DNA of 64,000 nucleotides from an uncultured Methanosarcinales archaeon (GTDB lineage Archaea; Nanobdellota; Nanobdellia; Woesearchaeales; GW2011-AR15). Under the pieces are notes generated by a model. It did no database searches, was not told the origin of the DNA, and worked only from the letters and a program-made list of their open reading frames with translations. Location of the stretch: NCBI GenBank assembly GCA_964512765.1, contig CAZEKF010000006.1:2747-66746 (forward strand). Reading direction: 5' to 3'. This document shows, one piece after another, positions 19,173 to 28,425 of this stretch. The translations under genes and the position numbers were made by a program. Each line of letters opens with the position of its first letter. The first letter of the stretch is position 1.

Positions 19173-20645
19173 TCACAATAATGTGTAAAGTTTATTCTTC
19201 AATTCACTAATCTTAACTCTTTCTTGTTTAGTTGTGTTTCTATCTCTGACAGTAACTGCTTTATCTTTTAAACTGTCAAAGTCAAAGGTTATACAGTACG
19301 GAATTCCTTGTTCGTCTGCTCTTGCATATCTTCTTCCAATGCTACCTCCACTGTCAAAAGTACAGACAAACTCTTGTTTCAAACTGTCATAAACTTTTCT
19401 TGTATCTTTTTTTAACTTGTTAACTAATGGAAACACACCAACTTTAACAGGTGCTAGTTTAGGATGTAATTTTAACACAACATTACCTCGTTTTTTATCA
19501 TCATTGTAAGCGTCGTACAAGAACGTAAGGAAGGCTCTATCAACACCAAAACTCGGTTCAGTTACTCTTGGAATTAACTTTTGTTTAGTTTTTTCATCAA
19601 AAATTTCCATTGACTTACCAGAAAATTTCATGTGCTGTGTTAGATCAAACTGTCCTCTATTAGCATGACCATATATTTCTTTCCAGCCAAACGGAAAATT
19701 GTAATCAATGTCAAAAGTAGCTGTTGCATAATGGCTTAACTCATCTTTAGTATGCTGCCTTATTCTAAGATTCTTTGGGTTAACTCCTAGTTCAATAAAC
19801 CATAAATAAGCTTCAGCTAGCCAGTAAGCGTGCCATTCACCAAGAAGTTTTTTTGATATTAAGCCAGACATTTTAATTTTTTTATGCTTTTGTTTTTTAG
19901 CCTGTGCTTGTTGTGAAAAAAACAAAAACTCTAAGTTAAGATGTTTTTTTGTTAATAATGGGCATTTCTTGGTTTTCGGCCTTATAAAATACTCAATCTC
20001 CATTTGTTCAAACTCTCTTGTTCTAAAAAGAAAATTTCTTGGAGAAATTTCATTTCTAAACGCTTTACCAACTTGAGCAATACCAAAAGGTAATTTAACT
20101 CTACTGGAATCTATCACATTCTTAAATGCTGCAAAGATTAATTGCGCAGTTTCCCCTCTTAAATAAGCAGTTGAATCTGCTGTTTTATCTGCTCCCAATT
20201 GAACAGGAAACATTAAATTGAATGATTTAATTTCTTTTAAACCAGATTTACAGTCAGGACATTTAATGTTGTTATCTTTGATTAATTTATTCAGTGCTTT
20301 GGCATCTAATCCATCAACGTTTATTTTTAACTTATCTTCTACTAAATGATCTGCTCTATGATTTTTCTTACATTTACTGCATTCTGTTAACATATCTACA
20401 AAACTTGACAAATGTCCTGAAGCTTCCCATACTTTACCAGACGAAATAACACTACCGTCTATACCGTACATATCTTCTCTGTTCTTGACAAACGTTTTCC
20501 ACCAGTGTTGCTTAAGATTATTCTTTAACTCAACTCCTAATGGACCATATTCAAAAAAACCTGACATACCTCCGTAAATTTCAGTACTTGGAAAAACAAA
20601 ACCTTTCTTCTTTGCAAACGCTGCTAATTCTTCAATTGATAACAT
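19173..20645 (-). CDS. glyS: Glycine--tRNA ligase (archaeal/eukaryotic alpha2 type)
   Basis: FVFPSTEIYGG..., class II motifs RGETAQ and FRNEISPR, and a C-terminal anticodon-binding domain. Confidence 0.95.
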   Translation of the reverse strand: MLSIEELAAFAKKKGFVFPSTEIYGGMSGFFEYGPLGVELKNNLKQHWWKTFVKNREDMYGIDGSVISSGKVWEASGHLSSFVDMLTECSKCKKNHRADHLVEDKLKINVDGLDAKALNKLIKDNNIKCPDCKSGLKEIKSFNLMFPVQLGADKTADSTAYLRGETAQLIFAAFKNVIDSSRVKLPFGIAQVGKAFRNEISPRNFLFRTREFEQMEIEYFIRPKTKKCPLLTKKHLNLEFLFFSQQAQAKKQKHKKIKMSGLISKKLLGEWHAYWLAEAYLWFIELGVNPKNLRIRQHTKDELSHYATATFDIDYNFPFGWKEIYGHANRGQFDLTQHMKFSGKSMEIFDEKTKQKLIPRVTEPSFGVDRAFLTFLYDAYNDDKKRGNVVLKLHPKLAPVKVGVFPLVNKLKKDTRKVYDSLKQEFVCTFDSGGSIGRRYARADEQGIPYCITFDFDSLKDKAVTVRDRNTTKQERVKISELKNKLYTLL

Positions 20646-20779
20646 TTTATCACCTGGTAATATCTAGAGATAGAATACCTATTTATTATTTATCTTTATC
20701 TATATCACTACTTAGACATAGTAAAAATAGAAACATTTAAATACTTGTGTTACTATCCAATAGTAAAAAGAGGATAATT

Positions 20780-20872
20780 ATGTCACTAGAAAAACTAGCT
20801 GAGATCACAGAAACTTCACCAGAGGCTAAGAAAAAAGCCAAACAAAAACAAGACGAAGATTACTATTCATAA
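20780..20872 (+). CDS. Candidate small protein (30 aa)
   Basis: Encodes MSLEKLAEITETSPEAKKKAKQKQDEDYYS. GAGG sits 8 nt upstream, and the stop is followed at once by the hairpin AAAACAC-CCTCC-GTGTTTT. Confidence 0.3.
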   Translation: MSLEKLAEITETSPEAKKKAKQKQDEDYYS

Positions 20873-20901
20873 AACACCCTCCGTGTTTTAAAGATAATAA
20901 T

Positions 20902-20950
20902 GTGGAGAGAGTAAATTCTTATCCAACCCCCCCATAATTTTTCTCTCCAC
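20902..20950 (+). other. Stem-loop with a C-rich loop in a long spacer
   Basis: GTGGAGAGA (20902-20910) pairs with TCTCTCCAC (20942-20950). The 31-nt loop contains a C7 run, and T-rich sequence follows. Confidence 0.3.
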
Positions 20951-21143
20951 CTTATTTCTTATAATATTTAAGGAGTAAATGCCCATGTAAATCCGTTTTA
21001 GGTTGGGGCTGAACTCAAATTTACGCTGTAAAATGCATACCAAAACAGAAACATTTCTTGTATAATTCTTTGAAACCTGATGGTTTTAAATATTAGTTTT
21101 AATTGTAATAATCACAAAATAATCAATTGGGGGGAGATTTGTT

Positions 21144-21770
21144 ATGGGTGCGCAACAATTAAGTGAAATATTAACTAAATTGGATTCTTGGTTAGATGCA
21201 TATCAGTTATATGCTCAGGCACATCCGGCAATAGTCCAAGTATGGGCTCTAGAAACATCAAAAAATAGTGATTTAGATGGTCTAGTTGAAGGCATGAAAC
21301 AAAGAGAAAGTCCGTTAGCAGCAAAACATATGGAATCAGCACTCACTGCTGAAAAAGGCTCGTACGATGAAGCATTAGAATATATTTTTAAAGTAGTTGA
21401 TGGGCTACTAGTAGTTACTCAGGATATGGAAACCTACCACTCACAAAAAAACCAAATTCTTACTTTTACTAGAAGATCAGATATTTTGGGACAGGAGGTT
21501 CCAATAGGAACAGAATTTTTCCCACAGTGTCTCATGCCTGAAGATACAGGAGTTCAAGTGTCAGTTTATATCCCTGGTTTAGCCAATAAACAGGAGGAGT
21601 ATCAGCACACTGAAGAGCTTTTAGGTGAGAGTTTTCAAAATTCAGGTGTTGAGTATTTGGGATATGTAATTGGGATTAAAGCTCAAACTCCAAAAGAAAT
21701 GGTTACTACATTAAAAAAATTATTTAGGGATCCGCGTATTATTTCACTTTATGGTAATGCAAAGGAGTAA
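21144..21770 (+). CDS. Hypothetical protein, 208 aa
   Basis: Strong purine-rich SD (GGGGGGAG) ending 8 nt before the ATG. No family recognised; Gln/Glu/Leu-rich and Lys-poor. Confidence 0.55.
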   Translation: MGAQQLSEILTKLDSWLDAYQLYAQAHPAIVQVWALETSKNSDLDGLVEGMKQRESPLAAKHMESALTAEKGSYDEALEYIFKVVDGLLVVTQDMETYHSQKNQILTFTRRSDILGQEVPIGTEFFPQCLMPEDTGVQVSVYIPGLANKQEEYQHTEELLGESFQNSGVEYLGYVIGIKAQTPKEMVTTLKKLFRDPRIISLYGNAKE

Positions 21771-21798
21771 ATTGTAATAAAGAAGATTTATGTTATAA

Positions 21799-23007
21799 TC
21801 AACCACTCAAATACCCAACTTCTGCATCATCCAGGTCAAAATACTCAATTAAGTTCTTTGATTTTTCTTTATTCTTGAATATTGTCTTTATGTATGGCAG
21901 TGTGTCTTGAATAACTCGTTTAGAAGAAGTATGTGTTTTTTCTGCTATTTTGCCTGCAATTGATTTCTTCTTAGCATTTTTCTGGTTAAACTGCCACATT
22001 CTTAAGATTCTTGTTGTTCTTGTATATTTATTAAAACCTGGATATTTTTCTTTTTTAGATAATGCAATGCCTGCTGTCAACAAATTATTAATGTAAACTA
22101 AGAATCGCCAATGTTGTCTTCTTCTGATCCTGCCTCTGAACACATCCGCAGTACTTAAATTATTATATGCATTTGCCAAATCTTCAGGTTTTTTATATTC
22201 TTTAGGAAGGTTTTCATCAATCCATAAAAACACTTGATCAATATCTTCGTCAACATCGTTTAAAGCAGGTAATGCAACATCTGGATTAGTTGTCTTCAAA
22301 ATCCGCATCAAAGCATTAATCATTGTATCTTTCTGCCTTCTCCCAGATAATTCGTCAACATCATCTTTAGTTAGTTTATTAGTATAATCAGATAAAGTTT
22401 GCAAATCATTAACAGCACCTCTTAAATCACCGCCTTCTCTTCTTGCTAACATTGTTAATGCAGTTTCATCATACTGAATAGATTCTGCTTTTGCAATATT
22501 TTTTAGAATCGACATAACAGAAACATAGGACAATGTTCTAAACTCTATCATGTCTGCTTGTTTTCTTAGTGTTGAAAATTTCTTATCAAACGGATCATTA
22601 GCAGTCATAATAACTGGAAACTGTGTTTTTTCAATCAGTTTCCTTAGTTCAGATAATCCACCTCTGTCAGCGTTACCAGAAACACCGTCTATCTCATCTA
22701 CCAATATTAGTTTACCTGTTCCAAACAAAGACATCTGGAACATTGCAGGTCCTAGTTTTTCTTTAATAGAAGCCGCATTCCTGACATCTGAAGCATTCAC
22801 TTCAATCAATTCAAGTTCTTTTTCATTTGCAAACGCGTGGACTGTACAGGTTTTACCGCAACCAGGTGGACCGTAAACTAAAGCAGATCGTTTTTTTGGA
22901 AAACTGTCTAGAAAATTATGCAATTGTTCAATTGCTTTGTTCTGGCCTTGTACCTTTGAAGTTGACTTTGGCTGGTACTTGACACACCATGGTTTCATAT
23001 AGTTCAT
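21799..23007 (-). CDS. rfcL: Replication factor C large subunit
   Basis: PWCVKYQPKS, Walker A YGPPGCGKT, LILVDEIDG, and the basic C-terminal tail typical of archaeal RFC-L. Confidence 0.85.
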   Translation of the reverse strand: MNYMKPWCVKYQPKSTSKVQGQNKAIEQLHNFLDSFPKKRSALVYGPPGCGKTCTVHAFANEKELELIEVNASDVRNAASIKEKLGPAMFQMSLFGTGKLILVDEIDGVSGNADRGGLSELRKLIEKTQFPVIMTANDPFDKKFSTLRKQADMIEFRTLSYVSVMSILKNIAKAESIQYDETALTMLARREGGDLRGAVNDLQTLSDYTNKLTKDDVDELSGRRQKDTMINALMRILKTTNPDVALPALNDVDEDIDQVFLWIDENLPKEYKKPEDLANAYNNLSTADVFRGRIRRRQHWRFLVYINNLLTAGIALSKKEKYPGFNKYTRTTRILRMWQFNQKNAKKKSIAGKIAEKTHTSSKRVIQDTLPYIKTIFKNKEKSKNLIEYFDLDDAEVGYLSG

Positions 23008-23031
23008 AGAAAGGACATTCGTTTATAAGAA

Positions 23032-23733
23032 TTATTTTTTCTTAACCACAAACGCACAATGGTCTTTCTCAAAAGGATCTAATATTTTATAATCAACAAC
23101 TGTCATTTCTTTTTCTAATAATCTTCTTACTTCATTATACACTTGTTTAGGCTTTTTAGTTATGTCAACAGAACGCGATTTCACTGCAAGCAATCCGAAC
23201 CCTTGTTTTTTAAGAAACATTTTACAGTTTTTTAAGAAGATTTCTGCTTGATTTTTTTGTGCAACGTCCATGTAAACAAAATCAACAGGTAATAATCGTG
23301 ATTGATATGTCTGTGGCTGATTAGCGTCTCCTAATATTGGCGTAATATTTTTTCTTTTTTCACATAAAAACACTAAATCCCTAACTACCCGAGGTGCGAA
23401 ATCCAGTGCAAAAATAAAACCTTCTTTACCAATTATGTCAGAAATGTATGATGGTGTGTATCCATGGCTAGCTCCTAAATACAATACCTTATCTTTTTCT
23501 TTTAAACCAAGTTGTGACAATCCTTTAAGAATTCCTGCTCCTAGTTTGCTTCTTCGAGCATCAAACTGTCTATATTCTTTGTTTTGAAAATTCTCTGTTT
23601 CTTCGTCAAAAAAAGTAATTCCCGGAGTTAGGTTAGGAGTGTATAATTTAGTTCCTCGTTTATCTTTTTTAAAATAAATGTTTGGGAACTTGTTATTGTA
23701 TATTTTCATTTTTTGTTTTTTCGTACTATTCAA
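23032..23733 (-). CDS. flpA: Fibrillarin-like rRNA/tRNA 2'-O-methyltransferase
   Basis: VLYLGASHGYTPSYISDIIG, and DVAQKNQAEI (the family pattern is DVAQP.Q). Confidence 0.9.
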   Translation of the reverse strand: MNSTKKQKMKIYNNKFPNIYFKKDKRGTKLYTPNLTPGITFFDEETENFQNKEYRQFDARRSKLGAGILKGLSQLGLKEKDKVLYLGASHGYTPSYISDIIGKEGFIFALDFAPRVVRDLVFLCEKRKNITPILGDANQPQTYQSRLLPVDFVYMDVAQKNQAEIFLKNCKMFLKKQGFGLLAVKSRSVDITKKPKQVYNEVRRLLEKEMTVVDYKILDPFEKDHCAFVVKKK

Positions 23734-23774
23734 CTCGTTTGAATAGTACTGGCTTTGTTTCCATCAAGGCTTTT

Positions 23775-24743
23775 TTAAAGGCTTGATCCAAACCTCTCCT
23801 TAAGTTCTTTATTAAGTTTATCTGCTATGTAATCTCCTTTAAAAAAATCAACTTTTACCGCTAATAAAATCTTATCAGCTAGTGCTCTAGCTGCCTTGCC
23901 CCGATCTTGTTTAGCAACTTTCTGGATTAACGAATGTTCGAATATAACTCCATATTTAGGACTTTTAGAGCCTTTTACCATGTGCCTGAACAATGCTTTT
24001 TCTGCTCCTAATAATTGTATTGTCGAAGCAGGCATCATGACCATATTTCTTAACGAACCAGCAATTGTTACTAGTTTAGCACCTGTTAAATAACCTGCAA
24101 CATCAGTTAAATTAAGGCAGGTTTTTTTCATTAAATTTTCAAGATGTTTTTCTTTACTTTCTTTTTGCTTAAACATTGTTAAAATTGTGGATGCTAAACT
24201 TTTTATAGAATCAAGATCATCCTTACTTAATTTGGCACCCATTGAATGTTTCACATTAAAATCTTTTTTAAGTTTATCAACAGTGTCTTTAGAAACTTTT
24301 TCAGCAAAGTTCTTGTGATCAGTTATTTTATCTTCAACTTCAGGCAACACATAACCATACATTTCCCTTAACCGTTTAGAAAGCATGTTAATTGCTTTGT
24401 TCAATTCGTTAATACTGCTAGAAGTTTGGATTATTAACAAATCCTGTGAAACAGATTCTTTAATCTGAGTTTTTGTTAAATACAAATTATTATCATAGAA
24501 CTCTTTTCTATAATCATATAAAACATTATAAACTTTAAGCAAAACTTTTTGATTTGGTTCTTGTCTCAGATCCTTAATTTTCTTGAACTTCTTTAAAAAC
24601 TTTTTTTCAGATTCTAAAACATTTCCTTCTTGCAATTGTTTAAAGTTCTTACTAAGCTCTTTTTTAGAAAATAATACTTTTTCTCTTATCTGAAAATTCT
24701 GGTTTAATACAAAGGTTCCAATAATGTTTGAGTATAGGTACAT
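23775..24743 (-). CDS. nop5: Nop56/58 (Nop5) C/D box sRNP protein
   Basis: Nop domain LTGAKLVTIAGSLRNMVMMPASTIQLLGAEKALFRH, in the conserved nop5-flpA gene order. Confidence 0.85.
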   Translation of the reverse strand: MYLYSNIIGTFVLNQNFQIREKVLFSKKELSKNFKQLQEGNVLESEKKFLKKFKKIKDLRQEPNQKVLLKVYNVLYDYRKEFYDNNLYLTKTQIKESVSQDLLIIQTSSSINELNKAINMLSKRLREMYGYVLPEVEDKITDHKNFAEKVSKDTVDKLKKDFNVKHSMGAKLSKDDLDSIKSLASTILTMFKQKESKEKHLENLMKKTCLNLTDVAGYLTGAKLVTIAGSLRNMVMMPASTIQLLGAEKALFRHMVKGSKSPKYGVIFEHSLIQKVAKQDRGKAARALADKILLAVKVDFFKGDYIADKLNKELKERFGSSL

Positions 24744-24838
24744 AATCCAAAAGAAAGAATGTTGATTTTAAATAGTTTGAGGTCTGGTAACTTCATTTCC
24801 ACAAAATATATATACCTAAAGAATCTTTTTCCTTCCAT

Positions 24839-25993
24839 ATGCAAAAATTAAAATCTGGGAAACTTAAGAAACAGTCAAAAAAAAGTGATCTTCCTATCAA
24901 ACCTGTTGAAGACCCTGTTGAAAGGGTCAAACAATTGAAAAAAGAGTCAGACGAAAAATCCAAACATCCTGTTGAAACACCTAACATATCTCCTCTTAAT
25001 ACCATTCCAAAACATAAAGAACTACAAAAAGAAATTGTGTATTATCATAAACTGTTTGACCAGTTAAGGGAAGAAGTTGCTAGAGTGGTTGTTGGCCAGA
25101 GCGATATCCTGAACTATATGTTTGAAGCAATCATCTCAAGCGGTCATTGCCTTGTTGAAGGTATTCCTGGTATTGCTAAAACATTATTATTAAGAACTTT
25201 ATCAGTTGTTACAGGTTGTGAGTTTAAGAGAATCCAATTCACTCCAGACTTATTACCTACTGATATTGTTGGTGTAACTGCATATGAAGAAAAAAAAGGT
25301 TTTTATACAGTCAAAGGCCCTATCTTCGGTAACTTTGTACTTGGGGACGAAATAAACAGAGCACCGCCAAAAGTACAGTCTGCATTGTTAGAAGCAATGC
25401 AGGAGAAACAAGTTACTATTGGCCATGATAGTTTTCACTTACCAATGCCGTTTTTTGTCATGGCAACACAAAACCCTATTGAACAAATGGGTACATATCC
25501 ATTGCCTGAAGCGCAAATTGACAGGTTCATGTATAAAATCATTATGAAATATCCTAGCATGGAAGATGAACAAAAAATCCTTGAAAAAAACATTAGCCTG
25601 CATAAGTTTGAAGATTATAATTTAAAAGCAATATTAAAACCTGGTGACCTTATAAAACTTCAGAACGATGTTAAGAAAATATATTTGGATCCTAAAATTG
25701 AAAAATATATTGTTAGGTTAGTAGACGCTACTAGATATCCTAAAAAATATAATCTGGAGTTAAGCAAATATGTTGAGTTTGGTTCATCGCCAAGGGCTAG
25801 CATTGGATTATTCATTACAAGCAAAGCACATGCACTGTTATCTGGGAAATTGTACGTCACTCCAAACGACGTCAAAGCTGTTGCGCCTAATGTGTTCAGG
25901 CACAGGATCATGTTAACATACGAAGGCCAAGCTGAAGAAATAAAAACAGAGGATATTGTTAAAGAATTAATTACAAAAGTGCCAGTTATTTAA
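24839..25993 (+). CDS. MoxR-like AAA+ ATPase with a ~70-aa Lys-rich N-terminal extension
   Basis: GIPGIAKT, LGDEINRAPPKVQSALLEAMQE, ATQNPIEQMGTYPLPEAQIDRF. Confidence 0.9.
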   Translation: MQKLKSGKLKKQSKKSDLPIKPVEDPVERVKQLKKESDEKSKHPVETPNISPLNTIPKHKELQKEIVYYHKLFDQLREEVARVVVGQSDILNYMFEAIISSGHCLVEGIPGIAKTLLLRTLSVVTGCEFKRIQFTPDLLPTDIVGVTAYEEKKGFYTVKGPIFGNFVLGDEINRAPPKVQSALLEAMQEKQVTIGHDSFHLPMPFFVMATQNPIEQMGTYPLPEAQIDRFMYKIIMKYPSMEDEQKILEKNISLHKFEDYNLKAILKPGDLIKLQNDVKKIYLDPKIEKYIVRLVDATRYPKKYNLELSKYVEFGSSPRASIGLFITSKAHALLSGKLYVTPNDVKAVAPNVFRHRIMLTYEGQAEEIKTEDIVKELITKVPVI

Positions 25994-26043
25994 AGTTCTC
26001 TTACAGAAAAGTTTATAATTTTGTATTATTAGATGATTAATCA

Positions 26044-27870
26044 ATGGAGATAAAAAAGAGGTTTGTAATAGTTTTATTTGTATTATTAATTTTGATATCT
26101 GTAAATGTTCTTTCTTGTTCAGAAGATGATGAATGGGCTTATGTTGAAGAGTACAGGTGTGAAGAAGGAGTAAGACAGATTAAACAAGTGAGAGATCCTG
26201 AATGTTTCAATGAGACTATTAAATGGGCAGATTATCCATGTCAAGAAAACCAACTTTGTGAAGGCGAGGGTGTTTGTGCAAATAATGAATTGTGCGGTAA
26301 TAGTATAATTAACGAAAATGAACAGTGTGATGGCCCTGATGATGAATGTTGTACTTCATCATGTACTTATGAAACTGACAAAACGCAAACTTGTGGTGTT
26401 GGCGAATGTGAAATTACCAGAAACCTTTGTTATAACGGCGAAGTCATAGACTGTAACCCAGGTGAACCTAGTGAAGAATTATGTAATGGTTTAGATGATG
26501 ATTGCGACGGTGAAACTGACGAAGATTTTAATGATACCTATTACCCTGATTCAGACGGTGATGGTTTCGGTAATCCTAGTGTTGATGCTACAAGTTGTCC
26601 TGAACAAGGTTATGTTGTAAACAATGAAGATTGTAATGATAATGACCCAGATCTTTCTCCGAACAGCACAGAGTCTTGTGACAACATAGATAACAACTGT
26701 GACAATATAATAGATAATATACCCTACGAATCAATGCCACGATGCTTTACAATGATTAAGCATTTAACACCTTTTGGTGTATGTAAAAATGTTAAGACTG
26801 AATGTGATTCTGCACAAAAAAAATACTTTTGTGATCTTAACAAAATACCTGATTATGAAGAAGTTGAAATAACCTGTGATGGTTTAGACAATGATTGCGA
26901 CGGAAAAGTTGACGAATTTTGTGGTTGTAATCCTGGAGATACTAAAAAATGTGGTAGTAGCACTGGAGAATGCGAAACAGGCGAACAAGTTTGTGGTGAA
27001 GATTTTGAATGGAGCAATTGCCTGGGCCCTGTCAATCCTATTGATGAAATATGTGACAGTCTTGACAACGATTGTAACGGTGAAATTGACGAAGACTTAA
27101 CAAAACCATGTACTGTTGGTAACTGTACAGGTGTCCAGAGATGCTTCTATGGCAACTGGTACAAGTGTGAAACTGATTGTGTTCAAACAAAAGAAATTGA
27201 AATTACTCTTAACAAAACAGATATTTCGAATTTTGTTCAGGAAGCACAGTTAACTACTGAAGAGGTTCAAGATGCTTTGGAAACAGTTGAAGTTGTTAAC
27301 CAGTCAATTGACTATTCTTATACTGAAACAAAAACTGTTGTTAAAAACAACATTGTACCTGAAAAAAATTTACATGAATTAGAATATACTTTATTCATTC
27401 CTAAATGTTTAACAACATACCTTGATGATATTAAATTTGAAAATCAAAATTATACCATCATAAAAGAAGATCCAGTTATTGCATGGCATTTTGTTGATGT
27501 AGAAGATAGGATCGACTTAGGTTATACTGTAAATAGAAAAATTGATCCTGAATGCTTAGAAAAAATTAAAGGATTACCTATTGCAAAAGTAATAGGTGGT
27601 GACCTTGACAAAGAAGATCAATATGGCGCGCCAAAAATGATCATTACTTCTCTAGTTATACTTTTAGGTGTTTCTTTAGTTGTTTATTACCAAAAAAAAC
27701 CGCGTTCACAAAAATCTGTTGAAGAATATGAACAAGAAATAATTGGAAAACAGCGTAAAAATTTGCTTCAACAAATGAAAAATTTTAAGTCAAAGGAAAA
27801 GGCTGTTAAATATTTGAACAAAACAAAACTTAGTGACGATGATAAAGAATGGATCATTAAAAGGTTATAA
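26044..27870 (+). CDS. Cysteine-rich surface protein: signal peptide, four CxGxDxDCDGxxDE-type repeats, C-terminal TM anchor and Lys-rich tail
   Basis: N-terminal hydrophobic segment. Repeats are CNGLDDDCDGETDED, CDNIDNNCDNIIDN, CDGLDNDCDGKVDEF and CDSLDNDCNGEIDED. TM segment MIITSLVILLGVSLVVYY lies near the C-terminus. Confidence 0.75.
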   Translation: MEIKKRFVIVLFVLLILISVNVLSCSEDDEWAYVEEYRCEEGVRQIKQVRDPECFNETIKWADYPCQENQLCEGEGVCANNELCGNSIINENEQCDGPDDECCTSSCTYETDKTQTCGVGECEITRNLCYNGEVIDCNPGEPSEELCNGLDDDCDGETDEDFNDTYYPDSDGDGFGNPSVDATSCPEQGYVVNNEDCNDNDPDLSPNSTESCDNIDNNCDNIIDNIPYESMPRCFTMIKHLTPFGVCKNVKTECDSAQKKYFCDLNKIPDYEEVEITCDGLDNDCDGKVDEFCGCNPGDTKKCGSSTGECETGEQVCGEDFEWSNCLGPVNPIDEICDSLDNDCNGEIDEDLTKPCTVGNCTGVQRCFYGNWYKCETDCVQTKEIEITLNKTDISNFVQEAQLTTEEVQDALETVEVVNQSIDYSYTETKTVVKNNIVPEKNLHELEYTLFIPKCLTTYLDDIKFENQNYTIIKEDPVIAWHFVDVEDRIDLGYTVNRKIDPECLEKIKGLPIAKVIGGDLDKEDQYGAPKMIITSLVILLGVSLVVYYQKKPRSQKSVEEYEQEIIGKQRKNLLQQMKNFKSKEKAVKYLNKTKLSDDDKEWIIKRL

Positions 27871-27912
27871 AAGCAAACTAATAAATACCTTCTCCTAATT
27901 TTAACAATAATC

Positions 27913-28425
27913 ATGGACGTAATTCTTGTAGATGAAAATGATACTCAAATAGGTGTAGAAGAAAAGATTAAAACACATCAACAAGCTAAACTGCATAGAG
28001 GTTTTTCTGTGTTTATTTTTAATTCAAAGAATATGTTACTGTTACAAAAAAGAGCTATGAACAAGTATCATTCACCAGGCTTATGGACAAACACGTGTTG
28101 CAGTCATCCTAGACCGAATGAAAATTTAAAACAGGAAGCAGAACTAAGGTTGAAAAAAGAAATGGGGATTAACTGTGATCTTAAAAAAATGTTCACGTTC
28201 ATCTATAAAGAAAAGTTTGACAATGGTTTAACAGAACATGAATTTGATCACGTGTTTTTTGGAAGATGTGAGAATGATCCTGAACCAGATCCAAATGAAG
28301 CTAGTGACTGGAAATGGGTTTCATTAGATGATTTAAAACAAGATGTTAATGAAAATCCAGATAAGTATTCTGCCTGGTTGAAAACATGTTTAAATCAAGT
28401 AATAGAAAATATTAAGTTTTTCTAG
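27913..28425 (+). CDS. idi: Isopentenyl-diphosphate delta-isomerase, type 1 (Nudix fold)
   Basis: HRGFSVFIFN...LLLQKRA..K...PGLWTNTCCSHP and the ...EHEFDHVF pattern of type-1 IDI. Confidence 0.85.
   Translation: MDVILVDENDTQIGVEEKIKTHQQAKLHRGFSVFIFNSKNMLLLQKRAMNKYHSPGLWTNTCCSHPRPNENLKQEAELRLKKEMGINCDLKKMFTFIYKEKFDNGLTEHEFDHVFFGRCENDPEPDPNEASDWKWVSLDDLKQDVNENPDKYSAWLKTCLNQVIENIKFF

Noticed and set aside
20915-20927. Exact 13-mer ATTCTTATCCAAC shared by the spacers at 20915-20927 and 56206-56218. Also the CTTC(C)ACTTCGT strings at about 12030 and about 40808.
   Set aside because: In 64 kb of AT-rich sequence many 11-13-mers are expected to recur by chance. Flanking sequence shows no extended similarity, so this is not evidence for a repeat family or MITE.
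24793-25005. 70-aa minus-strand ORF overlapping the MoxR start region.
   Set aside because: It overlaps the better-supported MoxR ORF, has no SD or TATA context, and has a low-complexity Ser/Phe/Leu-rich product.
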